DNA of 63,686 bases, the filler included, from Cirrosporium novae-zelandiae (taxonomy: Eukaryota): NCBI GenBank assembly GCA_026023565.1. It is 14 parts of 14 records of this genome, joined end to end, with 100 filler letters (N's around TTAATTAATTAA, not from the genome) between each part and the next. Parts side by side here need not be neighbours in the genome. Positions count along the whole stretch, not along the records: positions 31,925 to 63,686 come from JAPETS010000084.1; 13 more parts are not named here. One strand, written 5' to 3'. A program made the translations under genes and the position numbers. Below, piece after piece: positions 48,122-62,431 of the stretch. How positions within the stretch are numbered: position 1 is the stretch's first letter; each line of letters starts with the position of its first letter. Under the pieces are notes generated by a model. The model had not been told where the DNA came from and made no database searches. It saw only the letters and a program-made list of their open reading frames with translations.

Positions 48122-50719
48122 TTATTTCTTTGTCACATGCTTGTAGCGATAAATCTGTTTAGGTTTCTTCTCGCCAAACTGATCCTTGCCCCAGAGACGG
48201 AGGAGTTCATTGGACATGATCTGGCGTTCATTGGTGATATGGGCTAGAAGGGTATCCCAGTCTTTGCCAGCCGCATCTTCTCCATAAATCTGCACTAGTT
48301 GCTCCTTCATGGTGGCAATCTCCAATTTGTAATGCTTCTGAAGAGCGGCTTTGTATTCTTTAAAGGCCTGCTTGTACACACGTTCTGTGGCTGATTTGTC
48401 CTCGTCGAACCTTTCTTGGAGTTGCTTGATGGTGTCCCAACGAGAGTCCTTTGCTTTAGAGACCTCGTCTTGAAGCTGCATAAGGGTATCTAGATGTGTG
48501 TATTCTGCTGCCTCGAGCTTGTCTTGGAGCTGCATAGCAACATCCTGGCGTGCATACTCAGATTCGAGGAGTTTGTCCTGGAGTTGCATAATGACATGCC
48601 GGTGCCCGCGTTCCGAGGTATCAAGTTTTTCCTGGAGCTGTTTAACAACATCCTGGTGAGAACTTTCTGCTTCGTTGAGCTTTATCTCAAGCTGTCTAAC
48701 GACAGTCTGATGCATATATTCCGAGGCGTCGAGCTTGTCTTGGAGTTGCTTGATAGCTTGCTGGTGTGCATGTGCTGCTTCATCAAAGTTGTCCTGAAAT
48801 TGCTGAACAGACTTCTTGTGAGAATGTTCTGCTCCGTTGAAGAGCTCTTGAAGATGATTGACGGTGATCTGATGTGCGTGCTCTGAAGCATCGAGTTTAT
48901 CTTGGAGTTGCTTGAGGGCTAGCTGATGCTCATTCTCTGAAGAATCAAGTCTTTCTTGAAGTTCCTTGACAGCGTCCTGGAGTGCAAGATCGGCCTCCTC
49001 GAATGTTGCTTGAACTTGTGCATCTTTCTGTTTAAGGAGCTCATCCTGTTCATTGAGACGTTCTCGAAGGTCCTCTCGACCATGAGTTTCAAGTAGTTCA
49101 TTTGCTCGTGACAACTCGGAGTCTAGCTTTCTAATCGCAACCTGATGTTGAAGTACCTCTTGGTGAGCATGTTCAAGTGATATTTTGAACTGCGCAGCAT
49201 CCGAGTGCTTTCTCCGTCGAAGCGTTGCCATCTCCTTGGAAGTCTCCTCGTTGTCCTGATGAGCTTGATCAATCGATTCATTGAGGATCATGATATCTGC
49301 GTCTTTCTTTCGAAGTTCAACCTTTTGGGTGGAAATTTCCCTGCGAGCTTCTTCGAGAAGCTCATTGAGTCTTTTGATCTCTGCATCCTTCTCCTCAAGT
49401 GCACCTTGTTTGGAGGAGGCTTCTTGGCAAGTGTGTTTGAGCATCTCTTTAAGATGTAATAGCTCGGTGTCATTCTGTTGACGTTCGGATGCTGATGGTG
49501 TCGTCCATTGTGGTAAAAAACCGGTCAGGTCTTCAGGGCCTTCATCATCAACTCGTGCATGAAGATCTTGTGAAGAGACCTTTTCTGGAACATATTCCTG
49601 GGCCTTGGAGGCTCCGGCATCTTTTTTGAGGTCCTCGGACTGTGGTGACTGTGCATCTTTCATATACTTCTCCAGATTATCGGTGAAGTCAGATGGACCA
49701 CCATTCTCGTTATCATCATGAAAAGGTAGGTCGAATATGGGGGTAGTAGTGAGATGAAGAGGAGAGGGTGGTGCGGATTGTGTAACAGGCTGCTTCTTGC
49801 TCGAGCTGAGCCATTGCTCCATGCCCTCAGTGAAATTTGAAGGACCTTCTGGAGAACTGTTGATAGTCTGAACCATGCGTGGGGACACCTTAACCTTAGG
49901 AGATGGAGAACCATTGATAGTCCGGATCATCCGTGGGGGCGGCTGAGCCTTAGAAGATGGAGTAAAGCTAGTCTCGGAGCCATTGATATATTGTTCCATT
50001 CCCTCAGTGAAGTTCGAAGGACCTTCTGGAGAACTGTTGATAGTCCGGACCATTCGTGGAGGTGGCTGAACCTTGGGAGATGGAACAGGGATTGCATTGC
50101 CGTTGATATATTGGTCCATGTCTTGGGTGAAGTTACCAGGACTACCGGGTGATGTAAGCCGGAGATAGAGTGCTTCTCCGATGGGCATCAGTGGAGAAGT
50201 AGATGTGAGAGTAGGTGCAGACTGTGGCCGTAGTGAGGTTGTAGAGTCATTGGTGCTCGTGATTTTAGCAGGATCGTTTTTGAATGAGACGCCATCTGTG
50301 GACTGAGCCTTAAGAGCAATAGTGGGCTTTATGGTAAATGTAGTAGGTGAAGGTGTGCAATCTCTGGCTCTAGCTGCAACGGATTTTGGGACAAGCTTGG
50401 CACGATGACCTTGGCGGCTCTTGAGGATGCCATTGCCTAGGGTGAAGGTGGCTGTAGAGATCGGGCCAGTCCCAAAGATATAATCGCCGCTGTCAACGCT
50501 GCCGCTTCGAACGCTTTTAGAAGCAAGTGGGGATTCTTCCAACAGAAGGTGATGTTGATTGGTGCGTTGGGTTGAAGTTGGCATAGGAATCCTATTTGTG
50601 CCATGAAACTTCCGATTGCCATTGAGGTCAAATGGAGTAGATGAAAAAATGGAAGAACTATCGAGCTCAAAGTCTGCTGCCCATTGGATGGACATGTCGG
50701 GTGGTTGCGACCCAGACAT
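48122..50719 (-). CDS. Coiled-coil protein, spindle-pole-body SnaD-like
   Basis: Long single ORF; repeated GPS[N/D]FT..ME motif, long heptad region and C-terminal LWG..FG...QIYRYK. The SnaD resemblance is from memory. Confidence 0.65.
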   Translation of the reverse strand: MSGSQPPDMSIQWAADFELDSSSIFSSTPFDLNGNRKFHGTNRIPMPTSTQRTNQHHLLLEESPLASKSVRSGSVDSGDYIFGTGPISTATFTLGNGILKSRQGHRAKLVPKSVAARARDCTPSPTTFTIKPTIALKAQSTDGVSFKNDPAKITSTNDSTTSLRPQSAPTLTSTSPLMPIGEALYLRLTSPGSPGNFTQDMDQYINGNAIPVPSPKVQPPPRMVRTINSSPEGPSNFTEGMEQYINGSETSFTPSSKAQPPPRMIRTINGSPSPKVKVSPRMVQTINSSPEGPSNFTEGMEQWLSSSKKQPVTQSAPPSPLHLTTTPIFDLPFHDDNENGGPSDFTDNLEKYMKDAQSPQSEDLKKDAGASKAQEYVPEKVSSQDLHARVDDEGPEDLTGFLPQWTTPSASERQQNDTELLHLKEMLKHTCQEASSKQGALEEKDAEIKRLNELLEEARREISTQKVELRKKDADIMILNESIDQAHQDNEETSKEMATLRRRKHSDAAQFKISLEHAHQEVLQHQVAIRKLDSELSRANELLETHGREDLRERLNEQDELLKQKDAQVQATFEEADLALQDAVKELQERLDSSENEHQLALKQLQDKLDASEHAHQITVNHLQELFNGAEHSHKKSVQQFQDNFDEAAHAHQQAIKQLQDKLDASEYMHQTVVRQLEIKLNEAESSHQDVVKQLQEKLDTSERGHRHVIMQLQDKLLESEYARQDVAMQLQDKLEAAEYTHLDTLMQLQDEVSKAKDSRWDTIKQLQERFDEDKSATERVYKQAFKEYKAALQKHYKLEIATMKEQLVQIYGEDAAGKDWDTLLAHITNERQIMSNELLRLWGKDQFGEKKPKQIYRYKHVTKK

Positions 50720-51315
50720 CGCGTCGTGGAGTCGCGGTTGACTGATGTAAACAAAGAGCTGATACAAGTAAAGTAGAAGTAGTTATGGAGGTGATGATAT
50801 CAATGAAGAATCTGGAAGAATTTGATGAGTAGCAATAAGTACTGATGCAAATATAATTGATAAGAGCAATCTTGCAGTTCTGTACTGATGCTGGAAGGAA
50901 AGAAAAGAAGATGGGGAGGAAGGGACAACAGTTATGGGGTGAGCAGGTGGTCCGTGCGAGCAAGAGTTGGGGAGATCTGTCCAAGCGTTAGATCTGTGCG
51001 ACATCAAAACACGCTAAAGCTAATCAACAAAGCCCTATGCTTGTCGCAGAGCCTCATCACTTACTAATATGTACCAAGTATAATCGAGTATAAGAGGCTA
51101 TCAAGTATCTAATTGGCATGATACTCATAAGTATTTTCAATTAACAGTCCCAATACATTTACGTAGTTTGATATTTGACACCTAACCCTTCCTATGGCTT
51201 GTAACTGGATCGTGGGAGGCTAGAGGACAGATTTAGATTTCGTAAATCAACGGAACCTGCCACTGCTTGGTACGGATAGATAGTCCACAATCAAAGATTT
51301 TATTCTGGATTTTCC

Positions 51316-52476
51316 CTATAGTTTCGATGGTGTCTGTAATACTTCTAGCCCACCATTCTTTACAATAAAATTCCTATCTCTTTGCCAGCCAATCCACTCA
51401 CTCAACACCTTTTCACCACCAATACCAGGGGATAACGCTTTCCCTGTCCAGCCCTCCTTTCCAAAGTCTAGGCCTGGCGATTCTGACAAAGTAACAGCAG
51501 CCCTTTGTTCAAACCCACTCTTTTCCAGTTCCCTTTGTTCAAACACCGGGGTGCAGCAAGCATCTTTCCCATCGAAGACTGCCTCCCATTCCGTCCTGGT
51601 CTTGCTTTTGAATTTCTTCTCAAACAGAGACCGCATCCCAGGCCATGTCTTCTTATCCTCTCGACTACCACCTAGTTGTTCAACTCCAATCTGGAGGCCA
51701 TTTAGTAGTTCTGCAAAGAATTGAGGTTCCAGAGCCCCGACAGCCATGACTTTCCCATCTTTCGTTTCATATGTTCCATAATACGGGCATCCACCGTCCA
51801 AGAGATTTGTTCCATGTCTGCCATTCCATGTCGGTGTCTTTGTCAGTAATCTGGGGAAGGTCGTCAAATAAGCAGATCCGTCAACCATGTTTGCCTCAAC
51901 AACTTGCCCCTTTGCCGTGGTATTTCTTGAAACCAGTCCGAGCAGAATGCCCAAAAAACACATTGCGCCCCCGCCAGCAAAATCGCCTAGAATATTTGCT
52001 GGCGCATAAGGTAGCGAATTAGCAGGCCCAAGCATGGAGAGAACACCTGAGACGGCAAGATAGTTTATATCATGACCAGCCATATCTTTATACTTTCCAT
52101 CTCTTCTAAATCCGGTCATGCGAGCAATAATTAACCTAGGATTAAGCTTTAGCATCACATCCTGAGGACTCAATCCTAGTTTCTCGAGAACACCAGGTCG
52201 GAAGGGATCTATCACAATATCGACATGGGGGAGAAGAGATTTGAAAAAGGAAAGACCAGCTGAAGACTTTAAGTCGATGCAGATGGACGATTTGTGCCGA
52301 GTCAAAAGATCACTAGTTGGAGGAGGAGGAGATGATGTGTGAGCGGAGGGATGAGGGCGATCGATACGAAGGACGCTGGCGCCATAATCTGAGAGGAGGA
52401 GGCCTGCGAAGGGACCAGGTGCTAAGCCTGCAAATTCGAGGACGCGGAGGTCGGTTAATGGAGACACAGATGACAT
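51316..52476 (-). CDS. Alpha-methylacyl-CoA racemase (CaiB/BaiF family), peroxisomal
   Basis: [53 protein letters not shown]-terminal SKL. Confidence 0.93.
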   Translation of the reverse strand: MSSVSPLTDLRVLEFAGLAPGPFAGLLLSDYGASVLRIDRPHPSAHTSSPPPPTSDLLTRHKSSICIDLKSSAGLSFFKSLLPHVDIVIDPFRPGVLEKLGLSPQDVMLKLNPRLIIARMTGFRRDGKYKDMAGHDINYLAVSGVLSMLGPANSLPYAPANILGDFAGGGAMCFLGILLGLVSRNTTAKGQVVEANMVDGSAYLTTFPRLLTKTPTWNGRHGTNLLDGGCPYYGTYETKDGKVMAVGALEPQFFAELLNGLQIGVEQLGGSREDKKTWPGMRSLFEKKFKSKTRTEWEAVFDGKDACCTPVFEQRELEKSGFEQRAAVTLSESPGLDFGKEGWTGKALSPGIGGEKVLSEWIGWQRDRNFIVKNGGLEVLQTPSKL

Positions 52477-53995
52477 TGGGTCATGAGTTCAGCCAGGTTG
52501 GTTCGAGGACGTGAGAATTGGGAAGAGATGAAATTGACGATTAATGATGTAGGCCATTTGGATCAAAAAGTGGGTTACAGTAAAGGTTGGTTTGATTATA
52601 TTAAACGGCCTTGGTGGGGATGGATCTTGGATCTCCCACTCTCTCCGCAACTAGCTATTCGTTGTGCCTCGGTAGTTTTAAATCATCTGATCTCACGTGA
52701 TCAGGCGATGGTGGACGCGGCATGCTAACCGTGTTAAAATCCGGAAAAATCAAAATCCCGAAGGTAAAGAAAGTAAACAATCGTCATTCTGAAGCATTAC
52801 ACCTGATCCTCAATTTTCGTCTCCATAAAACCGAATGCCACTACCATGGCTGCAGAAATATTGGCTCTGCCTGATGATTCAGCTGCACAATCTAACCAAA
52901 GCGTTCCCCCTCCTCTTGCTCCACCAAACAGCATTCTAACTGCTTATTGTCCTTAATTCCTAAGCTCTTCCCAACTATAATATAATATCGTTATACGCAA
53001 GGAATTCGAGGTCACATTTATGTTTTTAGATGCTTAGAATTAAAAAATTTAGTCAAATATTCAATAATAAAATACTTAGTAAAATACCTAATAGAATGCT
53101 CAGTATGAGCCTCAGTAAATAATCAGGGGGCGCAACGGGTGGGGTATTTGGGGTCACATGGGGGGGAGGTAGATTAAATATCCCTTTTTGGCTTTACTGT
53201 AAATTAAACCTAAAATTCAAAAACTCCGAACTCCGACATCCTCCAAACTCCTCTAGATATTTACATAGGTACAGTAGACTACCTGGAAATATACAGTAGG
53301 CATCCCCTAAAGCTGTTAACAGAAATACAAGCTGTCAAGTACTGTATACCTTTTTCCTTTATTCTTCACTATGGTCCAGAAGTCTTTCGTACTCATGACC
53401 GAGTTGCTCTGGTGAAATTTCTCTCTTGGAAATCTTGTAATATTTATCCTCGGTGTCCGAATCTGCTCATTATGTTTCAGTCCTAAGGTAGCAACACCTC
53501 GGTCTCCCTTACGTTCTCGGCTACGCTTTGTAGCATTCCATCTACAATACTTAAACATTCCAACCCTGGCACTATCAGGCTTTTCTTTCCTCCCTTTTCC
53601 CTTGGAATTACCTTGTTTGGATCATTATATTGGTGGCTGGTCTCTGGAATCCATTCAATACGTGCCATTCGCGCATCTCTCGCGTTGAGAGGCTGCATGT
53701 CTGCGTAATGGCTCACAGGAGTAATGATGGACATGCGAAGCTTCTCCTGCCCTTTGCCCTGCCAACTTGAATGCTTTTGCCTTGAGGCCGTTCGCCTTCT
53801 CTTTTTCCATTTCTTATCTTTCTATCAAATCTATAATATTCTCATTCTTCTTCTTCCCGCTTCTTTCAATATCTCTTCAGGGAGTGATATATGCAAATTC
53901 ATCCCATCTTGCGGATGCTCTTTGCACGGTATAAGGGAAGCCTTGGCCTAGGACAAAAATCATATCCTCGAACTTGAAATCAGATTGGGTTGAAT

Positions 53996-55561
53996 ATGGC
54001 ATATGGACGAACCAGTCTTCGTTTCCTCGTCATCTCGCTCCACCTGCTACTCTGGCTCAGTGTTGCAGAGTGTGTTTTGTGCATGTATCTCGGGACCATT
54101 AGCGGTGTTAACAATACCACACTCGCCAGTATCATACTGATTCTTATCAGCGTACGAACTTTGCCCATCCCTCTATATCGCCACGTCATCAAACTAACCC
54201 ATACGTCATAGTCTATGGTAACCTTCCTCTATATATATTTACACACAATCGAGTCTCGACGTCACTTACGTTTGGTTCCCCCATCCTCCCCCACTGGCCG
54301 CAGTACATTCAGTTTCATAGTCTCAGGCATTCCGCGCCTTCTAATTCTACTATGGATAGCCTCATCGGCCGTTGGTCTCGTTGTAGCGTGCCGACAGCCG
54401 TTTTGTTTAAGCTCAGATGCCCAAGCCCCAGCTTGGAGAAAGGGGATGGTCTGTATCGCTCATAGGATAACTGTTGGATTAGCCCTTTGCGGTTTGTACG
54501 GGCACCCCCCTTCTCCACTATTCCTACCGCTCTCAAGGTGGTTTATTAAACAACTAATGTTGAAATCCAGCATCCTTTCAATTGCTCTCTTCACAACTAT
54601 CGAGCTCTCTGGTCGTCCCTATATCGTCTCACTAACCGGTGTCCACGACCCCTCTCCACCAACAACGCCCACAATGCCCAAATCGACCCTCACATCTCGC
54701 ATGGCCAGTAGAAATTCTTCCACGGGCTCCCATTCAACGGTCCCCTACGCCTACCTCTCCTCCTCCACCAGACGCTCTCTCATAACAGCTTCCTCCTCCT
54801 ACGACATAGAATCGTATCCGCTATCCCACTCGGAGCTACAAAGTACCTACTCCCTCCGGGGGCGAATGTACCCAAATCCAAGTCCCTACACGCGCACTTC
54901 CAGCAGCTGCTCCAGCATTCTTTCCACGCGCCCAAGCACGGTAAGAATAAACTCCCTCCCACCCGCAGTCGTCTCCCGAACCTCGGTCTGCGGAACAGCG
55001 ACATACCACCAAAGCCCATCAACGACTACGCGACCCTTGAGCCACTCGGCCTCGATCGGCTACGCTGGCAGCCTACGGGAATTCACCACCTCCCCTTCTA
55101 AGGAACTCATCCCCCCAATCTACAACGGCAGCACATCACCAAGCCGTTGCAGCAGCTGCAGCTCCATGGGCCCGTCCCCCCTAAGCACAATGCGAAGAGC
55201 CACAGCCCCCGACGTACCCATAATCCCCGATCGCTTCCTCCGTCCCGCCATTTCCTTTCCCTTCGACCAGTCCCACACTGATTCCAAACCGAACACCACC
55301 ACCAAGAACAGCAGCACCATCATCGCACAGGGACAGGCGGGGGGTAGGAGAACCCGTAGCGTAGCGGGATTGGGATTGGGGCGTCAGAGTACGGGATCTA
55401 TGGCTCCAGTGTTGCCGGAAATCGGTTGCGTGAGTCATGAGTTGGGTAGGATGTTGAGTTTGGCTACTTTGCAGGGGGGGGCGGGGGATTTGCATGTGTA
55501 TAGAGGGGTTAAGGGATTGCAAGTTAAGAAAACCAGGAGTAAGAAAGGGGAGGGGAGGTAA
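53996..55561 (+). CDS. Hypothetical membrane protein with Ser/Pro-rich tail (introns predicted)
   Basis: Several hydrophobic segments followed by a long low-complexity open frame. Confidence 0.6.
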
Positions 55562-56394
55562 TGGTGGTGGTAGAGGAGGAGGGGTAATGCGATAGAATTT
55601 TGGAATCTGGATGGGATGAGAGAGACTGTGGGTTCTGGAGTTATATTAAAGGACGGAGCGGGAGAAGGAAGAGGGAGAGAGGGAGAGGGAGAGGGAAAGG
55701 AAGAAGAAGAGGATATTATTCACGAAATCATGCCATGTATAAGTAAGTAATTAGGTAGTTAGTTAGCACTTGCTTTTCGCCACGTCTAAATCTATGATCA
55801 TGATTCGCATGCATTTATCCATCTTTATAGAAAAAGTAACATTGCACTTTTCAGCTATTGTGGTCTATGTATGTATGTATGTATGTATGGGGGGATTAGC
55901 GTATACGAAAAGTTATCATTACCTTGTCTACTAAATCAATCATCTCCCTTAAGGTTAACTTTCCTTTTCCTTTTTTAGGATTTCTTATTCCCCCCCTTCC
56001 TCTCCCCCTCCCTCATTCCCTTAAAATTAAAACGAGGCCTTTTTCTTCTTTTCTTCAAAGCAAGGACGAACCCAACAAGGAAAGAAAGAAAGAAGAAAAT
56101 AAAAATAAAGTTAAGTTACTAATTCTTAAATTATCATAACCCTCCATTCGCTCCAGGGGCCCCAAACAGGCATGAAAACGAATAGATGTCTGTTTGTGTG
56201 GTGTTGTAGTAGGAAAACATATGTACAGATGCATACTTCTGCAGACTTCATCCTCCAGCGTCCCCCCTATGCAGCCTATACGATCGATGTCATCACGAAC
56301 AGGAGAAGTGAAAAGCAAAGTAGAAAAGGAGCAAAAAAGTGTCCCTTGATGCATTGCGGTGGATACCACTGCCAATATATAACGCATTTAATAT

Positions 56395-59300
56395 CTAGAA
56401 ACCGAAAGGATTTTGGGGGGCTACGGAGTGAAAGATGATTAGTTAATTATCGGCTCTAACAAAACATGACTTTTGGGGCAAATAAATATGGTTACTTACT
56501 AGCTTGCGCCAAATTAGCTCTCCGTCCCGTCGGTTGCGGGACCAATTTCTTTGTGCCATCAACTCCAAACTTCACAGGTGGAGCCGGCCCAGTCCTTTGC
56601 GCCACCAACGGTGCAATAGTCGGTTGCTGTGGGATTGGAGGAATGGGAGGTGCTGAGAAGTTTGTGCCGTTGCCAAACCCGTTGGGTGCGCCTGTAGGCT
56701 GGGGCTGCAATGCTGGTGGGAGCATAGAGTTGACAGCTCCGGTCTGCATAGGTGCCTGGTAGCCTGGGTTGAAGCCGGTCTGTTGTGGGGCAAGCGATTG
56801 AAAGCCAGTAGATACCATTGAGAGAGGACGTGGATCGGAGAAGGGACTTCCTGCTTGCTGGCCGGTGTTGAATTGATAGGGTGGTTGAAAGCCATATGGC
56901 TGTTGCCCAAAGCCTGTTGGCTGTGGTTGAATGCCGTTGGGGAATTGCCCATATCCTTGCGGCGATTGACCCATTCCCGTTTGTTGTGGCTGAATACCAT
57001 TAAATTGTTGCTGCATCCGCATTTGGCTCATATCCTGCAAACTTGGTCCAGGTGGACCGGTTGATGTGGCAGAATGAGGAGCACCAGTAAGTTGAGGCTG
57101 AAGTGGTCCGGGCGGCGCAAAATTGCTCTGTTGAGCGAAATTCTGTGGCGCTGAGAAAGGCCTTGGGGGTGGTGGAGGTTGGATAGCACCACTCTGCTGC
57201 GTAATCTGCGGTGCTGCCGGACGTTGCCTTGAAGTTGGCTGTTGCGACAAAGGTTGTAGTTGGCCAAAACCAGTTTGCTGTGGCATGAACGGGGGTTGGG
57301 ATCCCGAATTTAGAGAAGCTTGAGGCATCCCTGTTTGCTGCGGTGGAAGTTGTGAGAAAAATCCCGGAGTGGCACCTTGTTGTTGCGGAGGCTGTGGTTG
57401 AGGTGCTGGAATCGGAACCGGCATTTGAATGGTTGGTGCTGGTTGTTGGGCTGGCGCCGTGCCTGTAGGCTGTGCAACCGCCGGCTGGAGAGCGGGTGTT
57501 AAGAGAGAGAGTTCAGCCATTGAACCCGTCAAAGTAGGCGCCGCAGGTTGTACAGGCGCCGTTGTTACTGGAGTTGGAGCTGGGGCTGAAACAGTTGCAG
57601 GAATCGATGGTGGAGACGCCTGTGTAACTACTTGTGCTGGTTGAGACGGTGCAGCGGGTTGCTTGGAAGGCTTGACGTCCCAAGCATCATCTTCGAAACC
57701 GGCGGGCTTTGATGGAGCTGGAGCAGAAGCCAAAGGAGTCTCTTTCCCGTCTAAAGGAGGAGCCTTCTCAGAAGTAGCAGAATTTTGCTGTTTCTCAAAG
57801 GCTTTCGGGTCAATGGTATCATTGGTTTGGACAGGTGGTGCAGGCCTGCTTTTCCGTGTGTTGTTTTTCAGAGCACCACCTGGACCGGAAAATATACCAG
57901 TTTCCCCATCTTCTTCGTCTCCTGCAAAACTAACATTTCTTAATTTTGACCTGTTACCTGTACGTCCAAACTTGTTGTCAAGGAATTTCATGACACGTAT
58001 AATATCGCCTTCCTTCAGGCCAAGAGTGCGGCATAACTCTGGAGTGATGTCGGGCAGACTGGTTTGGTCCATTTGGTCCTTTGCGAAATTTGAAGCGTAC
58101 CGTTCGCATTGATAAGGTCCCACGCCACATTTGAGGAAAAAATCAAACCAATCATAAGTAGGCTCGGTTGGATGTTGTACAGCCGCTCCTGCATGCCCTC
58201 CATTCTGCATTTTCTGCATGCCTTTACGACGAATATCCGAGAGTGGCTTGTCTTCATCTAGGGACGTCCCGGTAACCTTTTCGACATATTCCAGATCTTC
58301 GACAGACATTTTCGAAACCGGAACCGCAATCTTGACCCCATTGAGTTTGTGTAAGTGTATCTTACCCTCCTTGAGACCAATGAATTGAGCATCGACTTTG
58401 AATGAGCCTGTCCGGTCGGTCCACGTTCTAACCTTTGTAGGGTCTGGTTCTAATGTAAAAGCTTAGCAGCTGATAGAAAGTGGGAAGGCATAACTTACTA
58501 GGCTTAGACGATGATGATTTCCCACTACCATCTCGTTTATGACGCTGTGAATATCGACGGTTATTATGATGACCTTTTGACAAACTGCTGCCTCTTTCAG
58601 GAAGAGAAACTCCGGGGCCGGTAGATACCTGTGAACCTCTTGTGTCACTACTTCCTCCTGACTTCCGAGCGGCTTCCTTCGCTAGTCTTTCTTCCTCTAT
58701 TCTATTCTGCTCAACCGTTGAGCGGCCAGCGTTGATACCGTGGCTAGTGGTCTGGACCGTGGTTCCAGTTATCTCGATGTAACTGCTAGGAACAACCCCC
58801 TCTTTTCCATTCTTCATCCTTCGAACCATCCACCATTCGTCGCTCTTGGTGTCATCTAATATTATCACCTCATCGCCGTCGGCAACAGTAACCTCATCAT
58901 CCCCCTGGGCCATAAAATCATAGAGGATCTTTCCTTGCTTATGGCCTCCTTGTAACCCGGTTCCTGCTGCAAGGACCTCCCTTAGACCTTCAGCTCTGAC
59001 AGCTCCAGCCATTTCACCTAAAGCGGAAACAATTTCTTCGGCCGTGTCTTTGGCACCGGCATGAAAATCAATGCTTTTACTAGGCCGAACAAGCTCCATA
59101 AAAACATGTTTTCCTTCAATAGAATAGTGAGTAAGTTTCTCTGCTGTCCACTCTTGTTGTGGTCCATCTCGAGACTTCTCCGGCGCTATCATAATTGTTC
59201 CTGTGGCAATATTGATACCTAAAGTAGTAGGCAATTTCCGTCTCTTCCCCATGTACGATACCATTTCGTTAATGTTGTACAGGTGGTATCCACCAGGAGA

Positions 59301-60314
59301 CCTGGAACCTCTCTCGCCGTCTGGAGGTACAGCACGATTGTATGGTGGTGATTCAACAACACCGGGCGGCGATGGCGATCTTATGGCAGGTGCATAAGTC
59401 GTTGGAGAAGGCTGTGAGGGAACTTGTATCGATTGCGGTCGTTGGGGAAGTGCGGGTGACGGCTGGCCTGATCCAGTATCAGACTCCTGGGCGGAATAGG
59501 TACTGTTCCGTGCTGGTAAGGGAGGAGAAGCAACAGTTATAGGCGGAGGAGGAATCGAGGGCGCAGATGACTGTTGCTTGTGAAGGAGACCTGCTAAAGC
59601 AGCAGCGGGGCTTTGGGTAGGGCTGCTAGATGACGGGAGGGCTGAAACTTGCTCAGGTTCAGGTTCAGGTTCGGGTTCGGGTTCGGGTTCAGGAACCCTC
59701 TCTGGACTTTGAGCAGAAGGAGGGGACTGGGGTGCTGGAGAATGTGCAGACTCTGTTGGGCCATGTAGTTCAATATAATTGGCAGGGGCAAATCCGTAAT
59801 CGCCATTGTATCCAACGAGTGTCCAGTCGGAGTCACTTGTATCGTAGACGTCGAGAGTTGCATCTTCTGAGAACGAAACCTCCTCGTCGGTTTGCCTAGT
59901 ATAATCATAAAGAGCTTTCGCTTGGGAAGTTGGGTGAGCCTACAATATGGATGCTATTAGCGCTGTACATCAAATTTTGCCAATCTATTATCAAGATCAG
60001 AGCAAGGATGATTATCAAAAAGACTCCACCCCATTGCAAACCCTACAAAAAGCGAAGGACAATAAACCGCGGAGACGCGGTAATGTCAAATATTTAGATA
60101 GTGAAAACAACCATACCTCCTCAACGTAATTATTTGGAATCAACCCGACGGGCTCGTCTGCCTCATCATTCGGTGCCTTTTTCTTTGCTTTCCACCAATC
60201 ATCATCCGAACTCTTTTCTAAAAGATATAAAAGCTCCCCTTCTCGAATAGCTAGCTCATTCTCCCCTTGCGGCTCATAATCGTATAACGCGGTGTAGACT
60301 CCAAGAAACCCCAT
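56395..60314 (-). CDS. SLA1: Actin cytoskeleton-regulatory complex protein Sla1 (multi-exon)
   Basis: N-terminal SH3 (ALYDYEPQGENEL..DDWWKAKK), further SH3s, SHD1 (RTWTDRTGSFKVDAQF), SHD2 (YDWFDFFLKCGV), QPTG repeats, terminal PQNPFGF*. Confidence 0.96.
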
Positions 60315-61434
60315 TATTATTGGACTATCGATAACGATCTTGGCGGCGATGCTCTAGTCGGGAAAATCAAAGGCAAATGAAGGCGGAATCTCTAGCAACG
60401 GGCAGACAGAGCATCGAGGAAGCCCACTGCTAGATGGGAGGGAAGGAATGTGCGAAGTTAGGTCTTGTTGGATAGGGGTTTGATCCGCAGTTTCCCGACG
60501 TTGGCTTGCTGGGGTCGTAGTGATACACGCTGACATTAAAAGGCTCGAGAAGAGAGAATAAAATAATAGTAAGGTATAAACACTTGGAGCGACTGATGTT
60601 TGAGTAAATATTACTCTGTACCTGCGGAAGTTACAAAGTGGTTCCAAGGTTGTCAGACGGACTTCGGGGCTTGGCCGCATCTAGGATCCTTGCTACGAGG
60701 GCGGAGGGCTCACTTTGATATGAGCCTCAAATTATGCATAAATCCCGAGTAATTTCGCACATTTAATTATTCTCAACTTATGCTTTATATTTATGACATG
60801 GCATGTATATTGAAATGGTATTTATTATTTCATTTTTTTGTTTTTGTTTTTGTTTTTGTTTTTTGTTGTTGTGAAAGGGTTTGGCTGTATAATTGTGCAT
60901 CTAGGCATCTTGAAGCCTACAGATTGGCTACCATATCTTAGTTTTTACCACTTAATCGCCTAACCTTCCAGCTACGTATCTAGGTACCTAATCAATCCCC
61001 AGGATCCTCATCAAAAGTCTGGCCTTCCACGCCTCCTCCCACCGCTATACTCCAACACAATGATAACGGCCCAAAGAATGCAAAGATGACGAGTTCGACC
61101 AGCACAGTGTCTGCTAATGAACCATCTCCACATCCCCTCATGATTCCTTCTCATCTGCTGACAACACACTTGAATTTTGAGACAAAATACTTGTCCATGC
61201 TTCTTCATTATCCGCACCGTGCAGAAGGGTATATCACGTGAACGTGTGATCCAATGATCTCACACCTCCGGCCCCGGAATCCGATAGGAAAATATATTCC
61301 CCGAATATGACGCCATTACAAATCAAGAATTTCCAAATTATCCCGTGATTGTTCAGCAATTCAGAGCTGGATAACGGTAAAATATCCCCGTTGCTTGAGA
61401 TGATAAAATCTTCGCACCATTTCAAAACATCGAC

Positions 61435-62431
61435 ATGTCCCTTGATGGTGTGAAGCATATTGTCCTGGTATATAAAGCTGCCTTTTATTCTTAATGATCT
61501 GACCGGCTGATCGTCATTACAGGTTCTCTCTGGCAAAGGTGGTGTGGGGAAATCTTCTACGACCCTACAGCTAGCTCTATCTCTTTCTAATCTCTCTCGA
61601 TCTGTGGGAATCCTCGACATCGATCTTACTGGTCCTTCGATTCCTCGTCTTACTGGTCTTGAAGGTGCCAAAATCACCCAAGCTCCTGGAGGATGGCTTC
61701 CTGTTCAAGTACACCCTTCCGCTGAATCAGCGGAACCTATGCACCATGGACAGAATTCACAGTCGCAAGCTAGAGGAGAGCTAAGATGTATGAGCCTTGG
61801 ATTCTTACTTCGAGATCGAGGTGATGCGGTTGTCTGGCGCGGTCCTAAGAAAACTGCCATGGTTCGCCAGTTCCTGAACGACGTTCTCTGGGGCCAACTT
61901 GACTATCTTCTCATTGACACTCCGCCCGGAACATCAGATGAACATATTGCGCTCGCTGAGACGCTGCTTTCCTCCGCTAAACCAGGACAGCTGGAAGGTG
62001 CAGTCGTGGTCACAACGCCACAAGCGGTAGCAACGGCAGATGTGAGAAAGGAGCTGAATTTTTGCTCCAAGGTTGGTATCAAAGTGCTGGGGGTAATCGA
62101 AAATATGGCTGGATTTGTATGTCCTTGCTGCGGTGAGATCAGTAACGTTTTCTCAAAAGGCGGTGGGGAAGTCATGGCGAAGGAATTTGGGGTGCGTTTC
62201 TTGGGCAGTGTTCCTGTGGATCCCCAGTTTGGAGTTCTGGTAGAAGAAGGAAAGCGACCAATATATGAAGTTGATTCTCAGGCTGAAAATGAGGCTGAAG
62301 GTGCTCCTGGAGTTGGCGACGAAGGCCTACTGGTTGAGAAATACAACAGTTGCTCCTTATGCCCAGTTTTCAAGGGCTTTGCGGTAAAGATTGTGGAACA
62401 CATCGAGGCGTCTAAAAATGGCGATTTGTGA
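61435..62431 (+). CDS. CFD1: Cytosolic Fe-S cluster assembly factor Cfd1; intron 61468-61522
   Basis: [55 protein letters not shown]; lacks the Nbp35 N-terminal Cys cluster. Confidence 0.95.
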